64,000 nucleotides of DNA from Thermodesulfobacteriota bacterium (lineage in GTDB: Bacteria; Desulfobacterota; Desulfobacteria; Desulfobacterales; C00003060), in NCBI GenBank assembly GCA_034189385.1, contig JAXHVD010000010.1, positions 1 through 64,000 on the forward strand, given 5' to 3'. The position numbers and the translations under genes were made by a program. Of the stretch, positions 47,886 to 59,400 are shown in pieces; positions within the stretch are counted from its first letter, which is position 1, and each line of letters starts with the position of its first letter. The notes under the pieces were generated by a model that saw only the letters and a program-made list of their open reading frames with translations, made no database searches and was not told the DNA's origin.

Positions 47886-48953
47886 CTATGGGCTCATACC
47901 CAGACCCTCATAGAGTCTCTTAAAATCGACCTTCTCTTCAATGAGCTTGATTCCGTAGTACACCTTCTCCTTTTCCCGGAGGCGCAGCTTTCGAGAAAGC
48001 TCTTCCACCTTCTTGGCCACGGAATAGGTGTCATCTCGAACCACCACAATCGGCACACCCCGGACCTCAGCCCTGGAGATCACGATCTCATTGGGGTAGA
48101 GATTTCCAGTAAGAATGAGACATTGGGTGGAGGCCTCGATGGCTGCCAACTGCACGTCTGCACGGTCACCGCCAACGATGACCGCGTTGTTTCTTGCCTT
48201 TCTGATATATTCAAGGGCACGATCCACCTGCATGCTGCCGATTAAAAAGTGCTCAATGAGTCCGTCCAGTTTGTTGCGGCAGCAAAGCACGTCTCCTGCA
48301 AGGGCATCGACAACATCTCCCACCATCACGGCCCCCAGCAACGCATCGTTTGGAAGGACGCCAAGGACGGGAAGGCCCTTTTGTTCCAGGAAGGGAATGA
48401 TCAATGACTCAACCTTATCCAAATAGCCTGCGCGCACCCTGTTCACGATGACGCCCAGGAGCCTTTCTTGGAGGCGTTCGTGGGCAGCCAAGACCGCGTC
48501 CAGATAAAACTCGCCCTCGTAGCTGTCCACGAGAACGGCCTTGGCGTGGAGTCTTTCCACCAGGCGATAGCCCGATATATCCATAGATTTTCCCGACTCA
48601 AGTCTGCCTGCCCCTCCCACAAGGACCACGTCTTTTCCCTTTGAAACCGTTTCAAAGGCCTCCAGGATCTTTTCTTCCAGTCCGGCGCACTCTCCACGGC
48701 ATGATGCGACCATGAGATCGTGGGTCATGACGACAGGGCAAAGGGTTTCCACCGGATCTTTCAGCATGAGGACCCTGTGGATAAACCAGGCATCCTTGTC
48801 AGTGAGCACCCCATTGATCTTGATAGGCAGCCGGCCAAAGGGCTTGAAGTACCCCACCTTGAGACCGTCTTTCATCAACCGCTGCCCAAGCCCCATCACC
48901 GTCAGGTTCTTTCCTGAATATCCCCCCGTAGATCCCACATATAGAGAAATCAT
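47886..48953 (-). CDS. Phosphotransacetylase N-terminal-like protein (BioD-like P-loop + DRTGG domain)
   Basis: YSGK, YFKP, GDRADVQLAA and LILTG motifs. No PTA catalytic domain. Confidence 0.88.
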   Translation of the reverse strand: MISLYVGSTGGYSGKNLTVMGLGQRLMKDGLKVGYFKPFGRLPIKINGVLTDKDAWFIHRVLMLKDPVETLCPVVMTHDLMVASCRGECAGLEEKILEAFETVSKGKDVVLVGGAGRLESGKSMDISGYRLVERLHAKAVLVDSYEGEFYLDAVLAAHERLQERLLGVIVNRVRAGYLDKVESLIIPFLEQKGLPVLGVLPNDALLGAVMVGDVVDALAGDVLCCRNKLDGLIEHFLIGSMQVDRALEYIRKARNNAVIVGGDRADVQLAAIEASTQCLILTGNLYPNEIVISRAEVRGVPIVVVRDDTYSVAKKVEELSRKLRLREKEKVYYGIKLIEEKVDFKRLYEGLGMSP

Positions 48954-48976
48954 GAGCGTGCTCCCCCCATACCCCC

Positions 48977-51070
48977 TTACTCGTGTATCGTCATCCTCGC
49001 ATCCACAGCCACTGCCCCTTGACCCTCAGGGCATACCAAGAGCGGATTGATATCTCCTTCAATGATCTCTGGAAAATCCATGGCCAGCTGTGAGAGCCGC
49101 AGCAGGGCTTCACGGATCCCCTTGATGTCGGCCGGGGCCTCCCCCCTGACGCCACGCAGGAGCGGGAAGGCCCGGATTTCACGAATCATGGCATCGGCCT
49201 CCTCCACACTGAGCGGCGCGATTCTAAAGGCCACGTCCTTTAGAACCTCCACGTAGATTCCCCCCAGGCCGAACATGACCATAGGGCCAAACTGGATGTC
49301 CCGCGTAATGCCCAGGATGACTTCCTTCCCCTGCGGTATCATTTCTTGAACCATCACCCCGAGGATACGGGCATCAGGTTGCCGCAATTGGATGTTGGCG
49401 GTAATGTCGAAAAAGGCGTCTTCAACCATGGTCTCGTCTTCCAGCTTGACGCGAACTCCTCCCATATCACTCTTGTGAAGCACATCGGGGGAGGCAATTT
49501 TCATGACCACCGGATACCCGATCTCCGAAGCGGCTTCCACGGCTTCCTTTGTGGTCCTGGCGATGCGATTTTCAGGGAGCCTGAATCCATAAGCCTTGAG
49601 GACTTCCCGGGCCTCTTTCTCAATCAGGTCATGCCGGTGCTGCCCGATCACCGAGGAAAAGATCTGGCGCACTCTGCCACTGTCTGCCTCAAAGTGCTGA
49701 TATCGTCTTTCTGGTTCCTCCTGAGCCCTCCGATAGCAAAGCATGGCGTCCAAGGCCGCAATCGCATCTTCCGGATATTCATAACTGGGAATGGCGTGAT
49801 CCTGAAGGATCTTGCGGGCCCCTTTCACCTTCTTTTCACCCATGAATGCCGTCATCACCGGCTTGTCACTATCTTTAGCCAGCCGCACGATCCCTCTGGC
49901 AACGGCATCTGGATCCTGCGCTGCCGTGGGGGCCAAAAGAATCAGGACAGCATGGATAGCGGGGTCTCTCAGGATCACCTCCAGGGTTCTGTCGTACCTT
50001 TCAGCAGAGGCATCCCCTATGATGTCCACCGGATTGTAAACAGAGGCCGTAGGCGGGAGAAAACTTCTGAGCTCATCTGCCGTCTCCTTTCGGATGGGGC
50101 TAAGGTGAAGAGAGCTCTTTTCACAGGCGTCGGCGGCCAAGATACCCGGTCCCCCTGAGTTTGTAATGATCCCGAGACTCGGGCCGTTGGGCAGGGGTTG
50201 GCTGGCAAAGGCCACGGCGTATCGGAAAAGAGACTGCATGGATTCGGCCCTTATGATCCCAGACTGCTTGAAGGCTGCACTGTAGGCATGTTCCGAACCG
50301 GCCAAGGCCCCTGTGTGTGATGAAGCAGCCTTGGCGCCTGCGCTCGTCGTGCCCGACTTGATAATAATGATCGGTTTGTTCTTTGAGACCTGGCGTGCGG
50401 CCTTCATGAAAAGAGGCCCGTCCTCAATGCTCTCCAGATACCCCAGGATCACCCTTGTGTTCTCGTCGTGTTCCATTGAAAGCATGATCTGCGTCTCTGA
50501 GATGTCCATCTTGTTGCCCAGGCTTACGAATCTGGAGAAACCAACATTCTCACCTAAGGCCCAATCTAAGATAGCGACGCACATGGCTCCAGATTGAGAG
50601 AAAAAGCCAATGTGACCATCAAGGGGCATGCCGGCGGCAAAGGAGGCATTGAGGGCGCTCGCTGTATCGATGATGCCCAGACAATTGGGCCCTATCACCC
50701 GAAGACCCAGTTCCCGAGCCCGGACGGCCAAGGCCTCTTCCAAGCGGCCCCCTTCAGGCCCGATCTCCTTGAATCCGGCTGTAATGATCACCACGGAATC
50801 GACCTTCTTCTTGCCGCACTGCTCTATGACCTCCGTGACTGCTGGAGAAGGCAGCGCAACAATGGCCAGATCGATCTGAGAAGGAACGGAGACCAGGTCC
50901 GGGAAGGCCTGGCGCCCCAGGATCTCTTCGGCCTTTGGGTTGATGGGATAGACAGCGCCCTCAAACCCGTAACGCACTATATTGTTTAGAATATCGTAAC
51001 CGATCTTGCCCGGGTTCTGCGAGGCCCCGACAACGGCTATTGAGGAAGGATTGAAAAAATGTTCTAGCAT
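48977..51070 (-). CDS. Acetate-CoA ligase (ADP-forming), fused alpha/beta
   Basis: VVGAS, GPNCLG, SQSG, SHTG phospho-His, TNSGG, NPVD, HKSD.GGV ATP-grasp and DINP. No GNAT domain. Confidence 0.93.
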   Translation of the reverse strand: MLEHFFNPSSIAVVGASQNPGKIGYDILNNIVRYGFEGAVYPINPKAEEILGRQAFPDLVSVPSQIDLAIVALPSPAVTEVIEQCGKKKVDSVVIITAGFKEIGPEGGRLEEALAVRARELGLRVIGPNCLGIIDTASALNASFAAGMPLDGHIGFFSQSGAMCVAILDWALGENVGFSRFVSLGNKMDISETQIMLSMEHDENTRVILGYLESIEDGPLFMKAARQVSKNKPIIIIKSGTTSAGAKAASSHTGALAGSEHAYSAAFKQSGIIRAESMQSLFRYAVAFASQPLPNGPSLGIITNSGGPGILAADACEKSSLHLSPIRKETADELRSFLPPTASVYNPVDIIGDASAERYDRTLEVILRDPAIHAVLILLAPTAAQDPDAVARGIVRLAKDSDKPVMTAFMGEKKVKGARKILQDHAIPSYEYPEDAIAALDAMLCYRRAQEEPERRYQHFEADSGRVRQIFSSVIGQHRHDLIEKEAREVLKAYGFRLPENRIARTTKEAVEAASEIGYPVVMKIASPDVLHKSDMGGVRVKLEDETMVEDAFFDITANIQLRQPDARILGVMVQEMIPQGKEVILGITRDIQFGPMVMFGLGGIYVEVLKDVAFRIAPLSVEEADAMIREIRAFPLLRGVRGEAPADIKGIREALLRLSQLAMDFPEIIEGDINPLLVCPEGQGAVAVDARMTIHE

Positions 51071-51256
51071 GTAGAGACCTGTTTACCAGTCTGCCATAGT
51101 GAATAGCGGGGCCAAAACGCAAGGGGCACCCACTCCATTTTTATAACATCTTTCTATTCAAAGGCAACACCCAATAGACCGACCTTCACCGTGATCCTCC
51201 TGGAGTCTATTTTCTCTTGACCTTACGCCCGTGTCTTTTCTATAAGGCAAAGCACC

Positions 51257-52540
51257 GTGAATGTCCTGTTGATTGAGATCAATCCATTTGCTCCTGTGTC
51301 TCCACCCATCTCACTAGGATACATAGCAGCCTTTCTGAAATCCAAAGGGTTTGGGGTCAAGATATTGACCCTGGGAGAGGATGCCTCCATCTCCCCTGCA
51401 GGCCTCCAGAAGCTCATTACGAGCTTCCGGCCTGCCCTGGTAGGGTTTTCGGCCTACCAGAGGACCATGCTGTACGTCATCGGCCTTGCCAGATTCATAA
51501 AATCCATAGACAGCGGAATAAAGGTAGCCATTGGTGGTCCTCAAGCCACATTCATGCCATCGGACGGCTTTGCCCAATTGCCCGACATTGACTATGTGTC
51601 TCGATCTGCCGGTGAGCAGACCCTCCTTTGTGTGGCCCGGGCTGTGGAACAGGGGCGGCCCTTTTCAGGCCTCTCCGGCGTCAGCTACAAGAACGATGGT
51701 GGTATCGTCCAAGATACAGAGGAACTTGAGGGTTTTTCCGATCTTGATCAGTATCCCTCCCCTTATCTGTCCGATGTTTTTGACTATTCCAGGATGGGTG
51801 AGGCTATCATGTTGACATCTCGGGGTTGCCCCCACCATTGTATCTATTGTTATACACCCTGTGCCTTTAAGCACAAAGTGATGTTCCATTCCATAGACCG
51901 GGTCCTTGAAGAGATGACATGGATTAGGAAAAAGGGGGTGAAGAGGTTCTGGTTTGCCGACCCCAATATCTCCCATAAGCGGTCCAGGATCGAGGAACTC
52001 CTTGACGGAATCGTGAAGCTGGACCTGGAGGCCCAAATGTGGCTTCAGACCCGGGCGGACCTAGTGGACCTGGAGATGATGAAGAAGATGAAACGGGCAG
52101 GCGTCCGCACCATCGCCTTTGGGTTGGAGTCGGCCTCAGAACGGGTCACTCCAAAGATCGATAAACATCTTTCTATTCAAAAAGTTGTGGAGGCTATCCG
52201 CCTTGCCCAGAGCCAAGACATTGAGGTAGAGCTCTTCACCATGTTCGGCCTGCCTAACGAAACCTTTGAAGACGCCATGAAGACTTTGGCCTTTGTCAAA
52301 GAGAACAACGTCAAGATTATGGGCAATACAAACTCTCAGCAGATGCAGATCTATTTTGGCACGCCCATGGCCAGGCATTATAAAGATTACCATATTCGAC
52401 CCTTGAACACCGAACGGCCTCCGTATATTTCCATCGGATGTCAGTATGAAACGGATCACATGAGCACGGAGGATATTGGCAAGGTCCAAAACCTGTGGCG
52501 TGCCCATTCCCTTGACAGGGGACGGCGTATTGTATCGTAA
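51257..52540 (+). CDS. Cobalamin-dependent radical SAM protein
   Basis: B12-binding N-terminus (GGPQAT), SRGCPHHCIYC and FGLES. TTGACC-18-TATAAG ends 10 nt before the GTG, so the mRNA is nearly leaderless. Confidence 0.9.
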   Translation: MNVLLIEINPFAPVSPPISLGYIAAFLKSKGFGVKILTLGEDASISPAGLQKLITSFRPALVGFSAYQRTMLYVIGLARFIKSIDSGIKVAIGGPQATFMPSDGFAQLPDIDYVSRSAGEQTLLCVARAVEQGRPFSGLSGVSYKNDGGIVQDTEELEGFSDLDQYPSPYLSDVFDYSRMGEAIMLTSRGCPHHCIYCYTPCAFKHKVMFHSIDRVLEEMTWIRKKGVKRFWFADPNISHKRSRIEELLDGIVKLDLEAQMWLQTRADLVDLEMMKKMKRAGVRTIAFGLESASERVTPKIDKHLSIQKVVEAIRLAQSQDIEVELFTMFGLPNETFEDAMKTLAFVKENNVKIMGNTNSQQMQIYFGTPMARHYKDYHIRPLNTERPPYISIGCQYETDHMSTEDIGKVQNLWRAHSLDRGRRIVS

Positions 52541-52638
52541 TCATTAAAGATAACTATACTATTTCATTTCAAGAAATCGCCCTGCCCTAAGATGTCGTCT
52601 CCCTAAAGGGCAGGGAACCTTGTTGCGAGAAAGAGGCC

Positions 52639-54192
52639 ATGGACGAAAGAGCCTTACAAAGGATCTTTGTGATCCTAGACAAACAGGAAAAGGAACAGCT
52701 TGAGACCCTTTGCCGCATCCTGTCGGACCTGTTTTTCTATGTGGAACTGACCTCCAATCTCTATATTGTGGCCGAGGATTTGGCCGCGGGCATGCCTCAG
52801 GTAGAACGGATCCAAAAGCAAGTCACGTCCTTTCTCCGGGAAAACCTCTTTGCTCGGCTCTATGTCCATTTCATCCACGGTGCCCCCCAGGGAAACACGG
52901 AACAGATGGATTTCTATTTCCAATATTATTACCAGAACTGGAAGCGGGTAACCATGGAGTTTGATCGGGAGGCCTACATGCACCAGGAAGTACCAAGGCT
53001 CATGTTGCTCCCCCTCATCGCCCCCAGTAGCCACACAAACACTGCCTCCCTTGCGGACCTCCTTGGAACGCTCAAGAGCGCCTTCTTGCTTCCCAGTCTT
53101 TACTTGGATTGGGGCACCTTCCATCAAGCCGCCAACGAAAAGCTCTTGGCCAAGGCGGAGAAAGTTTACTATGGCCCTGGAAACAATAGTGAAAAATCGG
53201 CAATCGTCTGCAGTCTATGTCATGAAAACATCATCCACGAGACCTCGTCCAGATTGGACGCTCATCCGGCGTCCATGACTGAGCCATGCCCTGCCGCCCT
53301 CATTATCACGGCATCTGACGGCATGGTCTACCCTTGTGCCGATGCCTTTGTGAGAAAAAAAAGCCTGGCCAACATCTACGCCGCCCCCCATGTGGATACA
53401 CTCATGGCGCAATACAATGGGTACTTTGATTCTGGGACAGACTGCCAGGCATGCAGGGACCGCGTGGTTGCCGCTTTTTCAGACTTGCCCCTGCCAAAGG
53501 GAGCCACACACGAACTGAGCGATCTGCTTTATCATTTTGGGACGCTGCACCAAGAAGCGCAAAACCATGTCCTGGCCGCAGAGAGGTACGAAAAATCGTT
53601 AAAGCTATCTCCTGCTGAAGAGGCCGTTCCCATCCATTTCAGGCTTGGCCTTAGCTATCTGAACACCGGCCGCTACGATCAGGGCCTTGAATCCTTTGGC
53701 AAAGCCAAAGCCATGTACCAAGATCAATACTACTTTCATTTTTACACGGGGCTGTGCTACTTCGAAAAAGGGGACTACGGTATGGCCCTTGAAAGGTTTT
53801 TAGAAGCCCTGGACATGGATCCCCAACAGGACGATCTGGTCAGGATTCTGATCTACCTGGGAACTTGCTGCAACGGCCTCGGTGACTACGAGCAGGCCAT
53901 CGTTCAGTTGGAGAGGGCAAAGCACGAGGCTGGCCAGGTAAAGGAAATCTATAACGCCCTGGGGTTCTCCTACTTCCAGCTCAAAGATTATGACAAGGCC
54001 ATTGAAAATCTGAAGGTAGCCGTTGAACTGGACCCCTATTCTGCCATAGACTATGCCAGCCTTGGGGCAAACTATCGTGAAAGGGGAGACATGGACATGG
54101 CCGCCGCCATGTACGAGAGGGCCCTGAAACTCGATCCAGACCTAGCCGTTGCGAGGGAAAACTTAGAAAGGTTGAGAGACTACCATGGGTGA
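52639..54192 (+). CDS. TPR protein with central Cys-rich SPASM/twitch-like segment
   Basis: CSLC, C....II..DGMVYPC and CQAC, followed by about 6 TPRs. Confidence 0.8.
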   Translation: MDERALQRIFVILDKQEKEQLETLCRILSDLFFYVELTSNLYIVAEDLAAGMPQVERIQKQVTSFLRENLFARLYVHFIHGAPQGNTEQMDFYFQYYYQNWKRVTMEFDREAYMHQEVPRLMLLPLIAPSSHTNTASLADLLGTLKSAFLLPSLYLDWGTFHQAANEKLLAKAEKVYYGPGNNSEKSAIVCSLCHENIIHETSSRLDAHPASMTEPCPAALIITASDGMVYPCADAFVRKKSLANIYAAPHVDTLMAQYNGYFDSGTDCQACRDRVVAAFSDLPLPKGATHELSDLLYHFGTLHQEAQNHVLAAERYEKSLKLSPAEEAVPIHFRLGLSYLNTGRYDQGLESFGKAKAMYQDQYYFHFYTGLCYFEKGDYGMALERFLEALDMDPQQDDLVRILIYLGTCCNGLGDYEQAIVQLERAKHEAGQVKEIYNALGFSYFQLKDYDKAIENLKVAVELDPYSAIDYASLGANYRERGDMDMAAAMYERALKLDPDLAVARENLERLRDYHG

Positions 54193-54898
54193 TGACCATC
54201 TCTCGCCTTTGGAGCTTGCCCTCGCTTACCACTTCAAAGACAGGGGGTTCCTTCGCGAAGCCCTGCAACACAGCTCCTATGTCAATGAGCAGCGCGAGGT
54301 CTCCTTAAGAGACAACGAACGCCTTGAGTTTCTGGGAGATGCTGTCCTCGACCTCGTGATTACCCACGTGTTGATGGACCACTTCCCGGAAACCCGTGAA
54401 GGAGACCTGTCGAGAATGCGGGCCACTATCGTCAACGAGTCACGACTGGCTGCGATGGCCCAGGAGCTGGATCTTGGCCGATATCTCCTGCTGGGTAAGG
54501 GCGAGGCATCGAGTAACGGACAAGAAAAAAAGTCCATCCTTTCCAATGCCTTTGAAGCGGTCATTGCGGCAGTCTACCTTGACGGCGACTTCCAAGCGGC
54601 CTTTGAGGTGATTGAGAGACTTTTTTCCGATATTATCAATGGCATCGAGGACAGGCTAGCGGCAGAGGATTTCAAGAGCCGCCTTCAAGAGTTTGTCCAG
54701 TCTCGATTTAAGACCATCCCTCAATACAAGGTGGAGGCTGAAAACGGTCCAGATCATGACAAGACCTTCTTGGTGCGCCTTCATATTGGCAACTTCTTGA
54801 CGACTCGGGGGACAGGCAAGAGCAAAAAAGCCGCAGAGCAGGCTGCGGCGTCCGTAGCCCTTGAGAAACTTCAGGGAAAAGATCAGTCCTATTATTGA
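54185..54898 (+). CDS. rnc: Ribonuclease III
   Basis: NERLEFLGDAVL signature and a dsRBD (GPDH, GKSKK.AEQ). Confidence 0.97.
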   Translation: MGDDHLSPLELALAYHFKDRGFLREALQHSSYVNEQREVSLRDNERLEFLGDAVLDLVITHVLMDHFPETREGDLSRMRATIVNESRLAAMAQELDLGRYLLLGKGEASSNGQEKKSILSNAFEAVIAAVYLDGDFQAAFEVIERLFSDIINGIEDRLAAEDFKSRLQEFVQSRFKTIPQYKVEAENGPDHDKTFLVRLHIGNFLTTRGTGKSKKAAEQAAASVALEKLQGKDQSYY

Positions 54899-54959
54899 AA
54901 AGACAGGGTCCTGCACCCCCTTGACCGCCCACCAGGCTGTCAGTGGCCAACCCCGGAAG

Positions 54960-55988
54960 ATGATGCCCAGGCCTTTCATTGTCCCGCTCTTTATCCCTCA
55001 CAGGGGGTGTCCCCACCGTTGCGTATTCTGCAATCAAACTTCCATTACTGGCCTTAAGGACGGCACCCGCTCACAGCAGGAGGTCCGGGACAGGATCACC
55101 CAGTTCCTTGGGTTCCGGGGAGCCCATCGAGGCACCACCGAGGTTGCCTTTTATGGCGGCAATTTTCTCGGGCTCCCCAAGGCTTACAGGAAGCTCCTCT
55201 TGGAAGAAGCTCAGTTCTTTGTCGCAAAGGGCCAGGTAGACGGCATCCGCTTCTCCACCCGGCCAGAGACAGTTACGGCTGCGGCCTTAAAGGAACTGGC
55301 CTCGTACACCATCCGCACCATTGAGGTGGGGGCCCAGTCCATGAATGACACGGTCCTTGCTCTCAGCCAACGGGGCCATACCGGCGCCGACACAAAAAGG
55401 GCCGTTCAGGTCTTAAAGCCTTGTAACGTGCAGGTGGGGCTTCAAATCATGCCCGGCCTCCCAGGGGCCACGGCGGAATCGATCCTTGAGACGGGGCAAC
55501 AGGTGGCGGCCCTAAGGCCTGATTTTGTCCGTATCTATCCCACTGTGGTCGTCAAGAACACGGCCCTTGAGAGGTGGTACGAATCGGGCCGGTTCACCCC
55601 CCTTTCTCTATCAGAGGCCGTAGAGCTAACTAAACGGCTCTATGTTCATTTCAAGGCCGTCGGCATTCCAGTGATCCGCATGGGCTTGCAACCCAGTAGC
55701 AGCTTGCGGGCAAGGGGCCAGGTCGTGGCAGGTCCATTTCATCCGGCCTTTGGGCATCTGGTCCAGTCTGCTCTCTTCTTGGATCTTGCCACCCAGGCCC
55801 TTGCGTCTGAAAAGGGGCTGTCCAGAAGGGTGACAGTGAAGGTCTATCCCTCAGATGTTCCAAAGCTTGTGGGACAAAAAAGGGAAAACATCAGACGGCT
55901 GGTAGCGCGATTTCACCTCGAGAGGCTCCAGGTCCTGCCCGATGTGACGGTTCCGGAAAACACCGTAGAGGTGATCAATAGAACCTAG
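54960..55988 (+). CDS. Elp3/YhcC-like radical SAM protein
   Basis: FIPHRGCPHRCVFCNQ, FYGG, STRP, RIYP and GPFHPAFG motifs. This family is commonly next to rnc. Confidence 0.88.
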   Translation: MMPRPFIVPLFIPHRGCPHRCVFCNQTSITGLKDGTRSQQEVRDRITQFLGFRGAHRGTTEVAFYGGNFLGLPKAYRKLLLEEAQFFVAKGQVDGIRFSTRPETVTAAALKELASYTIRTIEVGAQSMNDTVLALSQRGHTGADTKRAVQVLKPCNVQVGLQIMPGLPGATAESILETGQQVAALRPDFVRIYPTVVVKNTALERWYESGRFTPLSLSEAVELTKRLYVHFKAVGIPVIRMGLQPSSSLRARGQVVAGPFHPAFGHLVQSALFLDLATQALASEKGLSRRVTVKVYPSDVPKLVGQKRENIRRLVARFHLERLQVLPDVTVPENTVEVINRT

Positions 55989-56089
55989 CTTAAAAGGAAG
56001 GCCTCTTTGCCATGATATGGTCCGCCCCGATGGGAGGACGTCCCTCCTCCCATTGGCGCGCTAGGCAAGGGGTGGGGTGTGATGGAGGG

Positions 56090-56452
56090 TTACCGCCTGC
56101 TTTTTGTGATCATCCAGATCGCGGTGATCTCTTTCTCCGCATTGGTGACAAAGCCCACATGGTCGCCGACCCGAAGATCGCCGCTTGACCCATGGGCTGA
56201 TGTGGCCGTGGCATACGTGACATGAGAGGCCAGTGTATGGAGGGAATCATCTACGACGATCTCGTTTTTCCCTATCCTGTCGATATGTCCCAGTCCATTG
56301 AATTTCTTGGGGTAGTGGGAAGGTAACACCCTTTCTTCTCCGAGATACTCTGCTCCATAGCCCGGACCTGAGTATGGAGCCATGACAACAAGGCCCAAGA
56401 TCAGTCCCAGTCCGATCCCCTTGAAAAGACGCCTTTGTCGTGCGAGAGTCAT
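56090..56452 (-). CDS. Small exported protein following pilY1 (PilY2-like position)
   Basis: AAAGGAG RBS, a signal peptide and a beta-rich mature part. Confidence 0.65.
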   Translation of the reverse strand: MTLARQRRLFKGIGLGLILGLVVMAPYSGPGYGAEYLGEERVLPSHYPKKFNGLGHIDRIGKNEIVVDDSLHTLASHVTYATATSAHGSSGDLRVGDHVGFVTNAEKEITAIWMITKSRR

Positions 56453-56489
56453 GAGTTGGTCTCCTTTGCTGTGAGCCCTAAAAGCCGTT

Positions 56490-59400
56490 TCACTGTGTGG
56501 GCTCGTAGTAGTACTCATCTGTTCCGTCTGTCCTTCTTTCTTTCCAGTAGAACACGCCCCTTTCCTCTGCGACCTCAAAAACCGTCTCTGTGGTCCCTGC
56601 AGAGGTGCTGAAGATCTTCATCTCCCTTTCGTCATCAGGCATTCTCACCATGACTGGCGGATAGAGCATCCCTGGAAAATCCATGCCCGTGGGAGGCACC
56701 AGGATGGGATTGCCCTCCCCATCGGTGAGACCGATGTCGATGAGGTCGTTGTCGTCAATGATCCCGTCATCGTTGATGTCAAAGGTGGCTTTGTTCAGCC
56801 GACCGCCGTTGCATGCATCCAGCTCGTGGACCAGGGAGTCGCCCCCACCAGAACAGGGCGACTCATTGGGAACAATAGACAAGGCCACGACCCTTCCGTC
56901 TCTGATCATGAGGTCCCTGATGATCCTTTCTCCAGTCAGGGGAAGATCAAAATACCACCCCGCATGATTTTCAACCGTGCTTGACGGGTTGGGCATGGCG
57001 TTTCCCACATCCAGATCCTCCTCTGTGACCCACACCGCTTCATGGTCGCTCAGGGTCCTCAAATAGTGATCGCCGAGGTACGTTTCGTTCACCACGGTCT
57101 GCTCCACCAGTGAGACGGTGTCCGGCTGGTTGGAGAGCTTAGGGGTCGACCCCCTGTCGAAGGTCCCCAGGTACTCGCTGTGGTCCCCCTTGTCTCCATA
57201 ATCCCATAACCCGAAGAGGGTCTGGGTGCTGACATCTGCCCGATCGGTGTCCCCAAGGAACTTGCCCGTGCCAAATACAACAATATGCCCGTGCCTTTCA
57301 CAGTGTTTCATTACATCGGGCGTCGTGGTGATGGGTTGACCTGGAATCCGAAAGAAGGCCTCCGGGATGCCATTTCCGTCCTTAAAGGCCACGTCCCAAT
57401 TGGCCGGGTCTTCATCGGTAAGATCGAATTTCCACAGATTCCCTTTCAGGTCTCCGGCGTAGGCGTAATCCACGCGGAAGTCCTTGTTCACGTCTATCAG
57501 GGCTGGAGTAGAAAGTCCGTTGTTGCCCGTGGCCAGGGTGTATATCTTCTTTATCACGTTTCCGTATACATCCATGACGTAGAGGATGGCCTCTCCTTCC
57601 ACGCTGTCGTACCCGTTGCCGAATATGATCACCCAGTCGTTGTTCGGGTCATAGGACTTGACAATGTATGGGTAACTGTACGTGTACCCCAGATCGGGCT
57701 CTTCCAGTCCGGCCCCAGGGTATTCCCACAACACCACCGAGCTTGCCACGGCGGCCTCTGCGGTTGATACGTCCACCTGATCAGCATCGGTGATGTCCAG
57801 GGCGAAATAGCCTTTCCCGCCCTTTCCCAATCCTCCCACAAGGAGCGTTCTTCCCTCATTCATGCCGATGGTGACCCTTTTTCTGGCATAGGGGGTGCGA
57901 TCTACGAAAAACCTGTGTTCATAGTCATTGCCCGTGAGCTCCTTTAAGTTCTCAAAAATCAGATGGGGGATGTAGGCAAAGCGCTCTTCTCCGTCCGTGG
58001 CATTGAAGGCGTGCAGCATCCCGTCGTTTCCCCCTGCAATGATGGTGTCTTCTACCAACAGGGGCGCTGAATGGACGATATCGCCCAGTTTCTTGACCCT
58101 GGGCCGAAAACCGTCTATCTCTTCACCCCTCAGGTAGTCCACCATGTTCTCGGCCAGGGTGGAGTCCGCTGCCCAATTGGGGTCCAGAGCCGTCTTCTGT
58201 TCGTCTGTGAGATTGGCAAACCGGAAAGGAACGCCTTCAGATGTGCCGTCGTAGGCCACAATCTTTCGCTGGTCCGGCGCACGGTCCTGGAGTTTGTCAG
58301 AGGCCTTCCATATGATATCGCTTTGTTCTTTGAGGATCTCTCCTGAAACCGGATCTACAGGGTAGGCTGTCACATCCCCTATCCAGCCGTCTGAGACGTA
58401 GCTTGACTGATACAGAATCGTGTTCGTCCCCAACTCCTCTCCATTGACTGTCACAGAGGCACCAGAGGCCATCCTTGAGGCAATGTTCAGCATCACTTGC
58501 TCCAAGGCGCTGATGAGTTCCCCTGGGTCTGACGCACTAAAGAAGAGCCCCCTGCCGTTTACGGCGGCATGCCACAGGTCGTCGATCTTATAGGGACAGC
58601 TGTCGCAACCGGATGTGGGATTGGGCCAAGGGGGGGCGCCGCCGTTCAGCAGGCAGGGGTGATAGGCCGTATAGTCCAAAGAGCCTTGCACCCCAAAAGA
58701 GACCGCATAGGTGACCATATGTTGATGAGAGGCCTTATCGCAAGAGCTGGTAGGGACCACGTCGTCCAGAGAAGAGGCGAGATCCTCTTTATAATACTTC
58801 ATGGCCACATCGGCCAAGGTGTCCGAATAGGAATCCCCGTAAGGTGACCCTGCTGCGCCGTCCTGGTTGCCCACGCCGGGGTTGGACCCGTTCCAATAGC
58901 CGTCGGTCATGGCAATGCAAAAGGAGTGCTGACAGGCCCCTCCCTCTTCATCAGGCATGTAGGGAGAGTCTCCCACGCCGCCAGTGTTTCCATCGTCTTT
59001 GTGAAAATAGCGACCCACGTTCTTCACGGCCAGTCTCAGGGGCGTGCTTCCGTCGGAATCAAGGCCGTACAGGGCGTCAAGGAGGGTGTCTGTTTCATCT
59101 ACGTAGGTCATTCCGCCACTGGCCACGGCCGTGCTTTCAAACATGACGGCATCTGCGCTGGTGCTCGAGCCGGTGCTGGAGCCGTCGCGGTAGACCCGGA
59201 CCTTTCCTGATGTGCCGGCGTCAAAATTAAAGGTCCCCAAAAGGGCCCACTGGCTGTAGTCCTGTTTCTGGTTCTTCCGGACCGAATAGGTGCCGCCGTT
59301 GTGATAGACCTTGTACAGGGCGTTCGTGTCCCTGGTGCTGTAGTAGTCCCACCATGCATAGACGTTGTATTCACCGGCTTCGGGCAGGTTTGGGCTCCAG

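Noticed and set aside
48977..51070. Protein lysine acetyltransferase (Pat) partnering the HDAC
   Set aside because: There is no GNAT domain and the catalytic His (SHTG) is intact, consistent with an ADP-forming ligase.
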